Counted from the first letter of the stretch, positions 27,556 through 37,859 are shown. The stretch: DNA of 64,000 bases from Nitrososphaerota archaeon (GCA_028867755.1 JAGWFT010000001.1:676727-740726); one strand, 5' to 3'. Notes: a model not told the origin generated them from the sequence alone. Program-made: numbers and translations.

Positions 27556-27945
27556 TTGAATTCTATCACAGAAACCTGTGTTGTATCAGTACCAAAAGAC
27601 AAGGTTTTCAAATTCTTATCTAGCGTTGAAAATCTGCCAAAATGGAGCACACAATTCGTACAAAAACTGATTACTACTGATGGCAAGTACAAGGCAGTAA
27701 CTCCAATAGGTGAAGTCTTCATAAGGTTTGAAACTAATCCAAATGCAGGACTGATTGATATCTATGCAGGGTTTACTGAACAGTACATGACACCTGCATA
27801 TCTAAGGATCATCTCTTTTTCAGAGAATTCTACCGGAGTAATGTTCACATTCTTTCAATGGGATGATACTGACGACATGACTTGGAAGATATTTTGTGAA
27901 TGGATAAAAATTGAGGTTGGAAATATTAAAAAATATTTTTCTTAA
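27556..27945 (+). CDS. SRPBCC/START-like protein
   Basis: VSVPKDKVFKFLSSVENLPKW typical SRPBCC N-terminus. Confidence 0.7.
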   Translation: MNSITETCVVSVPKDKVFKFLSSVENLPKWSTQFVQKLITTDGKYKAVTPIGEVFIRFETNPNAGLIDIYAGFTEQYMTPAYLRIISFSENSTGVMFTFFQWDDTDDMTWKIFCEWIKIEVGNIKKYFS

Positions 27946-28018
27946 ATGATCTAGATTTGAGAAGATCATCACACATAAATAAATATTCAGTACAATGTAC
28001 GGTACTTAGGTATGTTTA

Positions 28019-28483
28019 ATGATAACAATCTGTCCTGATTGCAAAAGACCATTGATTGAATTTGATGCTGGTTCAGAAAACTATCATTGTTCTAATCCAA
28101 ATTGCAGTTTTCAATATCTTGAATTGATGACAGGAAAACAACATAGGAAAGCTGTACAAACTGAAGAAATAGAAAACAACCCTCCAGTTAGTAACCTAGA
28201 TAAAAAACCAAAGCGAATTCTTGTTGGTCTTGCAATAGAGAGCACATTGCTTAACATGGGTCATTCTATATTTGATAAAGTGACTGCCAAGCTGAAATAT
28301 GATTATGATGCTACCGTATTTGACTGCCTTGATAATCCACAATATTTGAAAAAAATACTTGAGACAAATTTTGACAGTGATGTTAGATCTGTACTGATAA
28401 AATCAGTCAAAACTCTCTTGGGTGAATTTGCTTATTATGATTCTATAAGCGAATTTCTGGACAAGATAAACGGCAGAAATTAA
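28019..28483 (+). CDS. Zn-ribbon plus thaumarchaeal helical domain protein
   Basis: CPDC...CSNPNC; AIESTLL.MG...FDCLDNPQYLKKIL. Confidence 0.7.
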   Translation: MITICPDCKRPLIEFDAGSENYHCSNPNCSFQYLELMTGKQHRKAVQTEEIENNPPVSNLDKKPKRILVGLAIESTLLNMGHSIFDKVTAKLKYDYDATVFDCLDNPQYLKKILETNFDSDVRSVLIKSVKTLLGEFAYYDSISEFLDKINGRN

Positions 28484-28523
28484 TGTCCAAAATTGGGAAA
28501 CTAGATCATACGTTACCGTTTGT

Positions 28524-28835
28524 ATGGTACCGTACAAATTATTTTATACTAATTATTTCTCATTTGAGAAAGAAATGATGGTTGGAGATGAGTTTATTGA
28601 CGGTGTAATCTCCTCGCTAAAGCGAAATAGCAATCTAATTCTTAAATCAAAAACAGATAGCTCCGTTACCGACTTGATACCAACACTCTATGATATGACA
28701 AAAATAATGATGAAAATACAGTGTAATCTTGAGAAGATAGGTGAGCCCTCAATGCTTGAGGAATTTTCTAAAATAGAGTCCGCAATCATGAAAATGACTC
28801 TTGATATTGAATATCTGAGAAGAAAGGGTCACTGA
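28524..28835 (+). CDS. Hypothetical protein
   Basis: 103 aa helical ORF; no family recognised. Confidence 0.5.
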   Translation: MVPYKLFYTNYFSFEKEMMVGDEFIDGVISSLKRNSNLILKSKTDSSVTDLIPTLYDMTKIMMKIQCNLEKIGEPSMLEEFSKIESAIMKMTLDIEYLRRKGH

Positions 28836-28942
28836 TCTGCACCTGCACTAATTTTTGCTCCTGTTTCCTCTCAAGAGGCAACTTTGGAAAAAATTTCTAT
28901 AAAAATTCTACCAAGAATTTATCAAAAACTCCGCATATCACT

Positions 28943-29098
28943 ATGATATTGCCTCGCAAGGAGTACAAGACAATTACTGTAAAGGAAGAAACATTTGTGA
29001 GATTTCTTAAAGCGATTCATGATGCAAAGAAAGCAAATCCAGAACTTGATAATAGCACCTTTCTTGACAAACTTCTTGATTCATACAAAAAGAAATGA
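28943..29098 (+). CDS. 51-aa RHH-like microprotein (not in ORF track)
   Basis: MILPRKEYKTITVKEETFVRFLKAIHDAKKANPELDNSTFLDKLLDSYKKK; KTITV beta-strand followed by two helices. Confidence 0.7.
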   Translation: MILPRKEYKTITVKEETFVRFLKAIHDAKKANPELDNSTFLDKLLDSYKKK

Positions 29099-29188
29099 CA
29101 AGTAAGCATGTTTTATGGTTCAGTTCTAGAAAGATCTGAGCAAACCGATGTCAAGGTTTTATTATAGTTGGACTTCAAGCTTTTTTGA

Positions 29189-29893
29189 TTGGATCCGCTG
29201 TTAAAGGTAAATCAGGCCCACAAAAATGGTATTCTGTCAGACAAGGTTTACTCTCTCATAATTGACAGATTTAGAGTCGTACTTGAGGGCATAGGCAGGG
29301 TAGAAAAGGCATCTGGGATTAATTTTCCACTTGCATATGTAGAGCCATCTATCGTAATCTCACAGCCTGGTGGCTCGTTTGACTATGGGATTCTCTTTGC
29401 AAGAACTCTTCCTGTAATTGTAAACGAGAAGGTTGAGATCATAATCCAAATCACTGCCCCGCTTGTTGCCTATGGGCTCAAAGGCACAATACATGCCATA
29501 CTTGCCCATGAATTTTTGCACTATCTTGAATTAATCAAAAGAATGTCCAACATGGGGATGGTATCAGATGAAATCTCAGGTAACCTCTTTGAGAGCATAT
29601 ATGCTGATACTACAAGACTGTTTGAACCTCGTGCCGTATTTAATGACAAAACCCTATTGCTACATATAACAAAGAAATTTCCAGAAGGGTTCCGGGATTA
29701 CAAACTTGAAGACAAAGTATTGAAAAACTGGATTCAAAAGAAATTGCCTACAATAAATATTGCACTTGATAGAAACATAGTCAAGATTCCGGCAGATGTG
29801 CTAGCAAAGATCAAAGTTGATACAATTTTGATTCAAAAATTAGATCAAATAGAACAAAAAGCTTCTAAACTGCGAAAGAAAAAACTGTATTGA
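29189..29893 (+). CDS. Conserved hypothetical protein with HExxH motif
   Basis: HAILAHEFLHYLE zincin-like motif. Confidence 0.7.
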   Translation: MDPLLKVNQAHKNGILSDKVYSLIIDRFRVVLEGIGRVEKASGINFPLAYVEPSIVISQPGGSFDYGILFARTLPVIVNEKVEIIIQITAPLVAYGLKGTIHAILAHEFLHYLELIKRMSNMGMVSDEISGNLFESIYADTTRLFEPRAVFNDKTLLLHITKKFPEGFRDYKLEDKVLKNWIQKKLPTINIALDRNIVKIPADVLAKIKVDTILIQKLDQIEQKASKLRKKKLY

Positions 29894-30067
29894 TTATTTT
29901 GTAAATTCAGTATAACCGCATTTACCACAAGTTCGTCTGTCTTTGTGTTCTGACATGAAAACTCCCTTGCCACATCTTGAGCATTCTTTTTTTGCTTTTT
30001 CTGCTTTATCGCTCTTAATTTTGTAATACTTGTAAACCGAAGGACTTGATCCTTTCTTGCCTGCCAT
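29894..30067 (-). CDS. rps27ae: 30S ribosomal protein S27ae (eS31), not in ORF track
   Basis: [15 protein letters not shown]...[31 protein letters not shown]; start overlaps the rps24e stop. Confidence 0.95.
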   Translation of the reverse strand: MAGKKGSSPSVYKYYKIKSDKAEKAKKECSRCGKGVFMSEHKDRRTCGKCGYTEFTK

Positions 30068-30429
30068 TACTTTGTCTCTTCCTTCTTCTCTTCAACAGGC
30101 TTGGTTTCAGCTGGTGCAGCGGCCTCTGCCTCTTTTGCAGGTTCTGTCTTAGATTTCTCTAATCTTTTGAATATTGCTGCCTTGAGGTGTTCCTTTGCCA
30201 ATTTCTCATCTTCATAGACATAGAACGTACCTGAAAGTATTGGTCTGCCCGTCTCGTTTTTGAGATTTATTGGAATCACAATCTTTCCTTCAAGATTGAA
30301 TTGCTTTGATATCATTTCGACAGCTTCTAATCTCTTAAGTCTGCCTGCAAGTCCTTTGAATGTACATGTAATCTCTCTTCTTGAAAGTAGAGGGTTCTTT
30401 ACATCACGTGTGACTTCAATCATGGACAT
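30067..30429 (-). CDS. rps24e: 30S ribosomal protein S24e
   Basis: [10 protein letters not shown]; paired with rps27ae. Confidence 0.9.
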   Translation of the reverse strand: MSMIEVTRDVKNPLLSRREITCTFKGLAGRLKRLEAVEMISKQFNLEGKIVIPINLKNETGRPILSGTFYVYEDEKLAKEHLKAAIFKRLEKSKTEPAKEAEAAAPAETKPVEEKKEETK

Positions 30430-30512
30430 GTATTGTGAGTCCTTTTAATAGTTCATATAAATCTTAACGAGGAATAGCTAACAATTTTAAGAAATCAGAA
30501 TATCGATACAAT

Positions 30513-31073
30513 GTGGATCGTTTCATGATTCATCTTAAGAACTCTGGATATCTACCACATGATGCACCATTGTTGTTGAAAAAGGCAGATCAGTTGACAT
30601 CTGAATTCCATTCAATTATCAGAGACATGCGAGTTTCAAAAAAGTATTTAGAATTTGATGTATCTATTGCAAAAGAATATCTTAATTTGCTAGTTGAAAA
30701 ACTTGGTCCAATTGGAGATCTTGATCATGCAAGACACATTGTTGAAGAAGAGATGGAAAAAGAAGAGGCATTAGAGAATGCAAAATTTTATTTTAATAAC
30801 GAGCGATTCTGGGAATGCCACGAAGTTCTCGAAGGTGTATGGAAGAAAACATATGAAGGAGAAAAAGATCTTGTACAAGGAATTATTCTTACCGCTGCTG
30901 CATTTGTCCATTATCAAAAGAACGAAAATGAGATATGCCTTTCCATCATGAATCGTGCGATGGAAAAACTTGCAATCTCTACCGGAAAGTACCATGGTAT
31001 AGATGTTGATAAATTCAAGAAAAAGGTCTCTGATATGATAACCACTGGGAAGATTGATACTTTTGCTATCTGA
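30513..31073 (+). CDS. DUF309 domain protein
   Basis: FNNERFWECHEVLEGVW, QGIILTAAAFVH. Confidence 0.88.
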   Translation: MDRFMIHLKNSGYLPHDAPLLLKKADQLTSEFHSIIRDMRVSKKYLEFDVSIAKEYLNLLVEKLGPIGDLDHARHIVEEEMEKEEALENAKFYFNNERFWECHEVLEGVWKKTYEGEKDLVQGIILTAAAFVHYQKNENEICLSIMNRAMEKLAISTGKYHGIDVDKFKKKVSDMITTGKIDTFAI

Positions 31074-32319
31074 TGAGGCTAATTGCAGTCTTGATAACGT
31101 CTGCACCAGCTAGTAGCCCTATCTTTCCTTTTTTGGCCTGCTCTTCAGTAAATCTTGTGGTTCCATCTTTTTTGACTGAATCACCTGATACTAGGACTGG
31201 AACAGGATCATCACTATGACTCTTGTTTATGCACGGAGTAGAGTGGTCTCCTGATATTACAACTGAGACCTTTGAGGTATCTATAGAATTTAAAAGAGTA
31301 CCAAAAAATCTAGAGTCTATCTCTTCTATGTTTTTCATTTTTCCAACTGCATCTCCATCGTGGCCAAACTCATCTGGACCCTTGATGTGTACATAAATGG
31401 CATTTTGTGTTTCCATTGCCTTTGCAGCAACTCTTGCCTTTTCCTCATAATCTGTGAGGCCTCCAGCATTAAATGTCTGCATCTTTAGTACATTTGCTAT
31501 ACCAATTTCAACTGGCATGTCAACTATACATGAAAACTTCATTTCATGTAACTGGTTTATTGGAATTACATCTGGGAGTCTATTTCCAGCATCACGCAAA
31601 AGTATGGCGTTTAGAAGTTTCTTACCTTGCGAATTGCGTCTCTTGTTTATCTCACTATTTTTCATGATAACAAGAGATTGATCTGTAAATTCATTTACAA
31701 GTAAGGCAGACAGTTTTGCTGCCGCAGATTCATTTAGCGGAAGTGATTTTTCAATCTTCATATAGTCTCCAACAGCTTTTGCAACTCCCATGCCATCTAT
31801 TCTTGCATATGCTGGGTCCGTATTGCTAATGTCTGGAGATAACTCACCATCGCATCTTATTCTTACTATGACTCTGTGCCCTATGGTTGGAGATACTACT
31901 ACAGATGCCTTTGGGTTTGAAAACTTGATCTTTTGTTCCAGTTCACGAGAAATAGCTACTGCATCCTCTCTCTCAATCTTCCTGCCAGCTCTCCTATCTG
32001 TTATGGCACGTTCGTCGTTTACTGTAGAAAAGTTTCCACGTAATGCAAGGTCTCCATTTTTGAAATCAATTCCAATTCCTATTGATTCTATAACCCCTCT
32101 TCCAACATACACTGAATTCTTAAATCTATATCCTAGCATGTTAAAGACAGCAATGTCTGACTGAGGTGCTATTCCCTTTCCTACTGAAATGACCTCACCT
32201 ATTGTACCGTTCTTTGCAAGCTTGTCCATGTTTGGAGTCTTGGCATAGTTTAGAGGCGTTGTTCCCTTCAAGTCTGGATGTGGAAGATCCCCTATTCCAT
32301 CAAGCAAGACATAGATCAT
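31066..32319 (-). CDS. apgM: Archaeal cofactor-independent phosphoglycerate mutase
   Basis: VLLDGIGD, HIKGPDEFGHDG, SGDHSTP. Confidence 0.92.
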   Translation of the reverse strand: MIYVLLDGIGDLPHPDLKGTTPLNYAKTPNMDKLAKNGTIGEVISVGKGIAPQSDIAVFNMLGYRFKNSVYVGRGVIESIGIGIDFKNGDLALRGNFSTVNDERAITDRRAGRKIEREDAVAISRELEQKIKFSNPKASVVVSPTIGHRVIVRIRCDGELSPDISNTDPAYARIDGMGVAKAVGDYMKIEKSLPLNESAAAKLSALLVNEFTDQSLVIMKNSEINKRRNSQGKKLLNAILLRDAGNRLPDVIPINQLHEMKFSCIVDMPVEIGIANVLKMQTFNAGGLTDYEEKARVAAKAMETQNAIYVHIKGPDEFGHDGDAVGKMKNIEEIDSRFFGTLLNSIDTSKVSVVISGDHSTPCINKSHSDDPVPVLVSGDSVKKDGTTRFTEEQAKKGKIGLLAGADVIKTAISLIR

Positions 32320-32480
32320 GTGAACATTGGAATTGTTTGTAATTTCTATTCTGCCCCATCTTTCGGATTTTTCATATCTTACATAAACCTTGATTTTTTC
32401 AAGATGATCTCAATTATCTACTTGTATGAATACGTCAAAAAACACAAGTAGAATGTTCTAATTAATTTGTAGGGAAGAAA

Positions 32481-32915
32481 CTAAGGCACAGATATCTCTC
32501 TGAGTTTTATCTTAAAGTTCAATGTCTTTCCTGCTAGGGGATGATTCAGGTCTACTGTTACCATTCCTTCACTAACTGCAGTAATCATAGCAGGCACTTT
32601 CTCACCTGTTGGTAGGCCTGCCTCAAAGAGCAACCCAGGTGTAAGCTCTGCCTCTTGTGGAAATACTTCTCTTGGAACTTTTTGCACCAAAGTTGGATCG
32701 TGTTGTCCATATGCCTCGGCTGGATGTATGGTGAATTCTTTCTCATCTCCTTCACTCATTCCTACAATTGCATCATCGAATCCTTTTATCACATGTCCTG
32801 TTCCAACTTGAAACTCTAATGGCTTTCCATGATCTTCAGAGCTGTCAAAAACTGATCCGTCGTCGAGTTTTCCAACATAATCTACTTTTACTTTATCTCC
32901 AGTTTTTACAGTCAA
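32481..32915 (-). CDS. FKBP-type peptidyl-prolyl isomerase (SlyD-like)
   Basis: YVGKLDDGSVFDSS, DLNHPLAGKTLNF. Confidence 0.95.
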   Translation of the reverse strand: MTVKTGDKVKVDYVGKLDDGSVFDSSEDHGKPLEFQVGTGHVIKGFDDAIVGMSEGDEKEFTIHPAEAYGQHDPTLVQKVPREVFPQEAELTPGLLFEAGLPTGEKVPAMITAVSEGMVTVDLNHPLAGKTLNFKIKLREISVP

Positions 32916-33035
32916 TCCAATGTCCTCCTATTCTGTATGCAAAAAAATTCTATATTGTAGGTAAATATGTATTTCATATCTGTTTTGTAATAGTATGATA
33001 GAAAAATCCTTTGGTTGTTATGCATTGCTAATGTG

Positions 33036-33605
33036 TCATCCTTCCTGTAATGGAAATTGCTTTGCAAGATCCTCTGCAAGTTTTTCATAAGATTCTCTTG
33101 TCTTGCCGATCTCCTTGAGCTTTTCTGATTCTACATTTGCAAGCTCGGTGTTTACTCTATCTGTATCATTTCGCAGAGCCATCTCTGCCATTTCAAACAA
33201 ACGATTATTCTCCTTCCAAATATGCTGTACGAGATGATTGATGTATTCCTGCATGTCTGTAATCAACTGGGTAGCGCTACCTGTGGTAACATATGTCTTA
33301 GAAGACTCTTCCATTCTTGCAGCCAACTTTCGAGTTAATGTGTGCTCCATTAACATAATTGCTATTGGTCCGCTTTCTTTTGACATGCCCTTTTTTTCAA
33401 GTTCTGGAAAGAGCGATTTTTCTTCTTTCCCATGATGACACACATCAGTAAAGTTTTTTGTAAAATCAATGACTTGTGAAATTACAGGCTCTGGTATGGT
33501 CTTTCCACTCTGCAAAAGCGGAATGGTTGCCCACATGGCCTTTAACACCTTCTCTATTAGTGCATGATCCCGTCTTAGTGATTCAGTTGACATCTGATTT
33601 TGCAC
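33036..33605 (-). CDS. Hemerythrin/HHE domain protein
   Basis: DH, HHGKEE..LFP, EH and HIWKEN..LF metal ligand motifs. Confidence 0.9.
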   Translation of the reverse strand: MQNQMSTESLRRDHALIEKVLKAMWATIPLLQSGKTIPEPVISQVIDFTKNFTDVCHHGKEEKSLFPELEKKGMSKESGPIAIMLMEHTLTRKLAARMEESSKTYVTTGSATQLITDMQEYINHLVQHIWKENNRLFEMAEMALRNDTDRVNTELANVESEKLKEIGKTRESYEKLAEDLAKQFPLQEG

Positions 33606-33859
33606 ATATTCTGTTCCAATTTAAGCGTAATTTTCATCATGCCAGAAATATATTTCCCTAGTATGTTTGTTTATTTCTTACAAACTAGATAATATCAGTG
33701 ATCAGTTTGTCAGCATGATGATGGCATGAATTTGATGCTTGCTTTTACATTTTTAAATAAAAAAGATCTACCATGTCTTTTAGATCAACTTTTGACATTG
33801 AATCGCTATCTCGATCATTGAAAAGGTTTTAACTCAGCAGATCGGGAGTTTAGCAGTAT

Positions 33860-34876
33860 ATGGGGGATCTTCGCAAGGACTATGTCGTTGATAAATTTGT
33901 AATTGTTTCTCAAGATAATCACAGTGCTAGTGATTCAAAAAAGTGTCCCTACTGTCCAGGAAATGAATCCATGACAAATCCATCTTCACTTTCTCTTGTT
34001 GCAAAGGATGGTATGTTACAAAGACTTCAAGATAGTGAAGATTACTATGTGAAAGACTGGTCAGTTAGAGTCTTTGAAAGTAAGAATCCTGTAGTTGCCA
34101 CCACATCAGAGAATTCTTACAGTGACAGACCACTTTATAGCGAACCAGCTTACGGTTATCACTACATCGTAGTTGCATCTGAGAAACACAAAGACTCACT
34201 TGCTAGCATACCAGTTGAACAGTGGTCTAATGTTTTAGTTGTAATTCAGGATAGGCTTAGGTGGTTGTACACACAAAGGGGAGTAACCTATGTCTCAATC
34301 TATGTAAACCATGGGAAAGAAGCTGGCAGTCCAATTATTCACCCACATCTCAACGTAGTTACGTTTTCTACAATTCCTCCTGTAATAGAATTGGAGGCAG
34401 AGGCTGCGCATAAGATTCTAAATGAAAAAGGCATATGCCCAATGTGTCAAACCGTAAGCACTGAAACAGGCGGACCAAGGCAGATACTGCAGACTGAAGG
34501 ATTTTTGGCGTTTTGCCCATGGGCTCCATCTCATCCATATGAATTTTGGATATATCCAAAAAAGCACACAACGAGCTTTTCAAAAATAACTCAAAAGGAA
34601 ATAAATGACCTTTCTTTGATCTTGAGGGCAACTCTTGGCGGTCTTGCTAATACAATGAAGAATGCAGCATATAATATGGTGTTTCATCTCTCACCTGAAA
34701 AGAAAAACAACAGACAGATTCACTGGCACATTGAAGTGTATCCACAGTCTGATTCTTGGTCTGGTCTTGAAAGAGGATATGGAGTCTTCTTGAACAAAAT
34801 AACTCCAGAAAAAGCTGCAGAGGAGCTCGGTGCCTCTTGCAGAAAAGAGCTTGCAGGTCTAGTTGGAATAGTATAG
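33860..34876 (+). CDS. Galactose-1-phosphate uridylyltransferase family (GalT/HIT)
   Basis: CPYCPGNE, HPH active site, CPMC, HWHIE. Confidence 0.88.
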   Translation: MGDLRKDYVVDKFVIVSQDNHSASDSKKCPYCPGNESMTNPSSLSLVAKDGMLQRLQDSEDYYVKDWSVRVFESKNPVVATTSENSYSDRPLYSEPAYGYHYIVVASEKHKDSLASIPVEQWSNVLVVIQDRLRWLYTQRGVTYVSIYVNHGKEAGSPIIHPHLNVVTFSTIPPVIELEAEAAHKILNEKGICPMCQTVSTETGGPRQILQTEGFLAFCPWAPSHPYEFWIYPKKHTTSFSKITQKEINDLSLILRATLGGLANTMKNAAYNMVFHLSPEKKNNRQIHWHIEVYPQSDSWSGLERGYGVFLNKITPEKAAEELGASCRKELAGLVGIV

Positions 34877-34918
34877 CTAATCATTTGGTTTATTTATTGA
34901 CATAAATCAAGAATAATT

Positions 34919-35347
34919 GTGGCAGTTGAAAAATGGGTTGCTGCAGCAAGTTTGGGAATGTTTGTATTGTTTGCAGCTGAAATGATATCGATAGCGCATT
35001 TTCTAAAAAATCCGTCATACGATGTTGATCCCTCATCAATGGTTAGAGAATTTATTTCAATTAGTGGAGCACCAGCGTTGATACTTGCAGGATCTTCATT
35101 TTTGTTGGCACGCAGATACGGTTCAATACTTTGTGGGTCTCTTATTGTTGCAGGAGGAGTTGCAACATTAATTGGAATGAACTATGTCAATACTCTTGTG
35201 CCACAAATTGCTCCAGCATATCTAGTTGAAGAACTATCTATTACTCCAACTTTATTCATGGTAGTATCAGTACCTGTAATGATAGTTGGTGGGCTTTTAT
35301 TTCGCTTAAAGCCAAGACCAAAAAGAGACTACTTTTTTGACCGATGA
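34919..35347 (+). CDS. Hypothetical membrane protein (about 4 TM)
   Basis: Four hydrophobic segments and a basic C-tail. Confidence 0.7.
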   Translation: MAVEKWVAAASLGMFVLFAAEMISIAHFLKNPSYDVDPSSMVREFISISGAPALILAGSSFLLARRYGSILCGSLIVAGGVATLIGMNYVNTLVPQIAPAYLVEELSITPTLFMVVSVPVMIVGGLLFRLKPRPKRDYFFDR

Positions 35348-35775
35348 TCAAATCTCATTGAATTAGAATGCAACTTGAACCCTAATTTTTTATAAAAAGG
35401 AATCAGGTCATCTGTGCAATCAAGAATGGTTTTGTAACAACCGTGTTTTTGTGCATACTCTAATAACGCACGCACTATTTTCTGACCAATCCCCTTCCCT
35501 TGGAATTCCCTTGCCACCACGACGTCTTCTATGTGGCCAACCTTTCCTCCATCATGGATGAATTTTTGCTCGATTATGATGCTTGCTGCGCCTACGATCT
35601 TAGAATCCATGACTGCGACATATACTATCTCATTTGGATTTCCAGAAATTCTATCAAATACTACCTGCGCCTTTTTTGGACTCATACTACTTGTCTTCCT
35701 AAGAGAATCAAGAGAATGCAGAAATCCATTGGATAGGTCTTTTTTCTGGAGCTTGCGTATCTTGATTTCAGTCAT
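35329..35775 (-). CDS. GNAT, glucosamine-6-phosphate N-acetyltransferase (GNA1)-like
   Basis: IEQKFIH.GGKVGHIEDVVV, QGKGIG, CYKTILDC. Confidence 0.85.
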   Translation of the reverse strand: MTEIKIRKLQKKDLSNGFLHSLDSLRKTSSMSPKKAQVVFDRISGNPNEIVYVAVMDSKIVGAASIIIEQKFIHDGGKVGHIEDVVVAREFQGKGIGQKIVRALLEYAQKHGCYKTILDCTDDLIPFYKKLGFKLHSNSMRFDHRSKK

Positions 35776-35784
35776 GGTTTAGAG

Positions 35785-36486
35785 CTAAATCTGACCAAGT
35801 CTTTCCAAATAATGTTGATATGCACGCCTATAGGACGCTTTGTCTCCGATATCGATAAATCCCTTCTTAATTGGATATCCACTTACTTTGTTTTTCTTGG
35901 ATAGCGCACTACGAATAACAAGATCCATTCCATATGGCTTGTTTTCTGGGATTAGTTCAAAAATTTCTGGTTCCATGACATAACATCCAATATTGATATT
36001 TCCTTTCACGTCTGGTTTCTCTTTCCATGCTTTCACTCGATTTGTCTTATCTGTCTCTATGAATCCGTATGGAAGCTTGGTCTTGTATTCAAACAATCCC
36101 ATTGTTACAAAGGCTTTCTTTCTTCTGTGATAATCAATCATGTTCTTCAAACTAAACTCAAAAATTGAATCGCCATATACACAAACAAAAGTGTCATCAA
36201 TAAATTCTTGTGCAGTCTTCAATTGGCCTGCTGTTGCAAGCGGTCTATTTGCAACTGCATATTCGATTTTCACACCAAATCTACTTCCGTCCTCAAAATA
36301 ATCTTCTATCGTTTTTCTCAAGTAACTTACACACAGGACAAACGAATCAATACCATTGCTCTTTATCCAATCAATCAAATGTTCCAAGAGTGGTTTCTCT
36401 CCAAGTGGAAGCATAGCTTTTGGCAGAAATGTAGTGTACGGTTGTAGTCGTGTTCCAAGCCCTCCTGCCAAGATTACGGCCTTCAT
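35785..36486 (-). CDS. Sugar-phosphate nucleotidyltransferase
   Basis: ILAGGLGTRL.P.T...PKAMLP. Confidence 0.92.
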   Translation of the reverse strand: MKAVILAGGLGTRLQPYTTFLPKAMLPLGEKPLLEHLIDWIKSNGIDSFVLCVSYLRKTIEDYFEDGSRFGVKIEYAVANRPLATAGQLKTAQEFIDDTFVCVYGDSIFEFSLKNMIDYHRRKKAFVTMGLFEYKTKLPYGFIETDKTNRVKAWKEKPDVKGNINIGCYVMEPEIFELIPENKPYGMDLVIRSALSKKNKVSGYPIKKGFIDIGDKASYRRAYQHYLERLGQI

Positions 36487-36534
36487 GAGATCTAGTCTAA
36501 GAATGTAGTATTTATTTTGAAGGATGAAGATATT

Positions 36535-37836
36535 CTACCCCATCTTGACAAGCTTTGTCAAGACATTCTTTGGGGTTTTTCCAAATATCAAGATCATAGG
36601 TTCCTTTCCAATGTCTCCTGTATGGTATATGATATCTGGAGGGTTTCCAAATTTTGCAATTGCATTTTTTATCCCCCATGATATTGTTTTTCCTTCCATA
36701 TTTTTGGTACCATGTGATTCTAGGGCTCTATCATAATGTGAGACGCGAAACCTCTTTGCAATTGCTTTTTTGATTGTCTTATCTTCATATTTGATATTTA
36801 TGGCAGATCTTATTGTGGGGAATTTTCTTGCCATCTCTAAAATTGCATTAGCCACATGTCTTGAACCACCATACTTGAGTATACCTGTCACGATAACCTG
36901 TCTTCCTGTCTTGACTATGCGCCCCTCAAGTCCAAGTATATCGAAAATTGATTCTGGATTAGGTTTGGAAAACACAAAATTCGTCTGTACCTCTGGTATG
37001 TACCTGTGAACTTCTTTGATAGCAACAAATTGGTTTATGGCCATAGAAAGCTCGTCTTCTATACTATCTGTATTTTTTTGTCTAACAATAACAAGACCCT
37101 TTCCTACTTTTGTGGCATTCTTGATGGATTCAAACGAGATCTTTTGTGCAAGCCTTGAAGACTCGGATAATGTTTTTCCTTTAGCTAGATACACACAAAG
37201 TGCTGCAGAAAATGTACATCCACCGCCATGACTACCTCTTGAGAGTTTCTTTTGAGAAAATGTGTGAAACTTCTTTTTTTCAAGCAAAAGGTCTGTAACT
37301 TTGTCACCTTGCATGTGACCTCCTTTTATTATGACATTTTTTGCACCCATGGAATTTATTTTCAGAGTTGCTTTTTTTGCATCATTTAATGATTTGATTT
37401 TCATATTTGTCATCTTTTCTGCCTCTGGCACATTTGGTGTTATGACATATGCAAGAGGTATCAACAGTTTCTTGAAATCTGAAAAAGCATCATCTAGAAG
37501 AAGTGTACCTCCAGTAGTTGACTCAAAAATAGGATCAAGTACGATAGGAATCTCTAGATCTTTCATCTCAGAATGAATTACTCTTATGGTTTTTTTATCA
37601 TAAACCATACCTATCTTGATTGCATCAATAGTAAAATCTGACAGGATTGATCTTATCTGACTCTTGATAATTTCAGATGAGACAGGCTCTGATTTGAAAA
37701 ACTTGGAAGAGTTCTGACTTGTTAATGCAGTGATTACAGTAAGCCCGTATGCCCCAAGAGATGTGAATGTCTTTATATCTCCTTGAATACCGGCTCCAGA
37801 AGACGGATCAGAACCTGCTATGGATAACACATTCAT
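36535..37836 (-). CDS. thiDN: HMP/HMP-P kinase fused to ThiN thiamine-phosphate synthase
   Basis: IAGSDPSSGAGIQGD, HGGGCTFS; C-terminal IPEVQTN, GGSRHVA, GKEPMI. Confidence 0.92.
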   Translation of the reverse strand: MNVLSIAGSDPSSGAGIQGDIKTFTSLGAYGLTVITALTSQNSSKFFKSEPVSSEIIKSQIRSILSDFTIDAIKIGMVYDKKTIRVIHSEMKDLEIPIVLDPIFESTTGGTLLLDDAFSDFKKLLIPLAYVITPNVPEAEKMTNMKIKSLNDAKKATLKINSMGAKNVIIKGGHMQGDKVTDLLLEKKKFHTFSQKKLSRGSHGGGCTFSAALCVYLAKGKTLSESSRLAQKISFESIKNATKVGKGLVIVRQKNTDSIEDELSMAINQFVAIKEVHRYIPEVQTNFVFSKPNPESIFDILGLEGRIVKTGRQVIVTGILKYGGSRHVANAILEMARKFPTIRSAINIKYEDKTIKKAIAKRFRVSHYDRALESHGTKNMEGKTISWGIKNAIAKFGNPPDIIYHTGDIGKEPMILIFGKTPKNVLTKLVKMG

Positions 37837-37859
37837 GATGGTATGATAGGAAACTCACG

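Noticed and set aside
32417-32452. 9-bp inverted repeat TCTACTTGT/ACAAGTAGA
   Set aside because: Single occurrence downstream of the FKBP gene; at most a terminator or stability hairpin
33700-33745. ATGATGA plus TTGA resembling half a C/D RNA
   Set aside because: No second C'/D pair and no terminal stem
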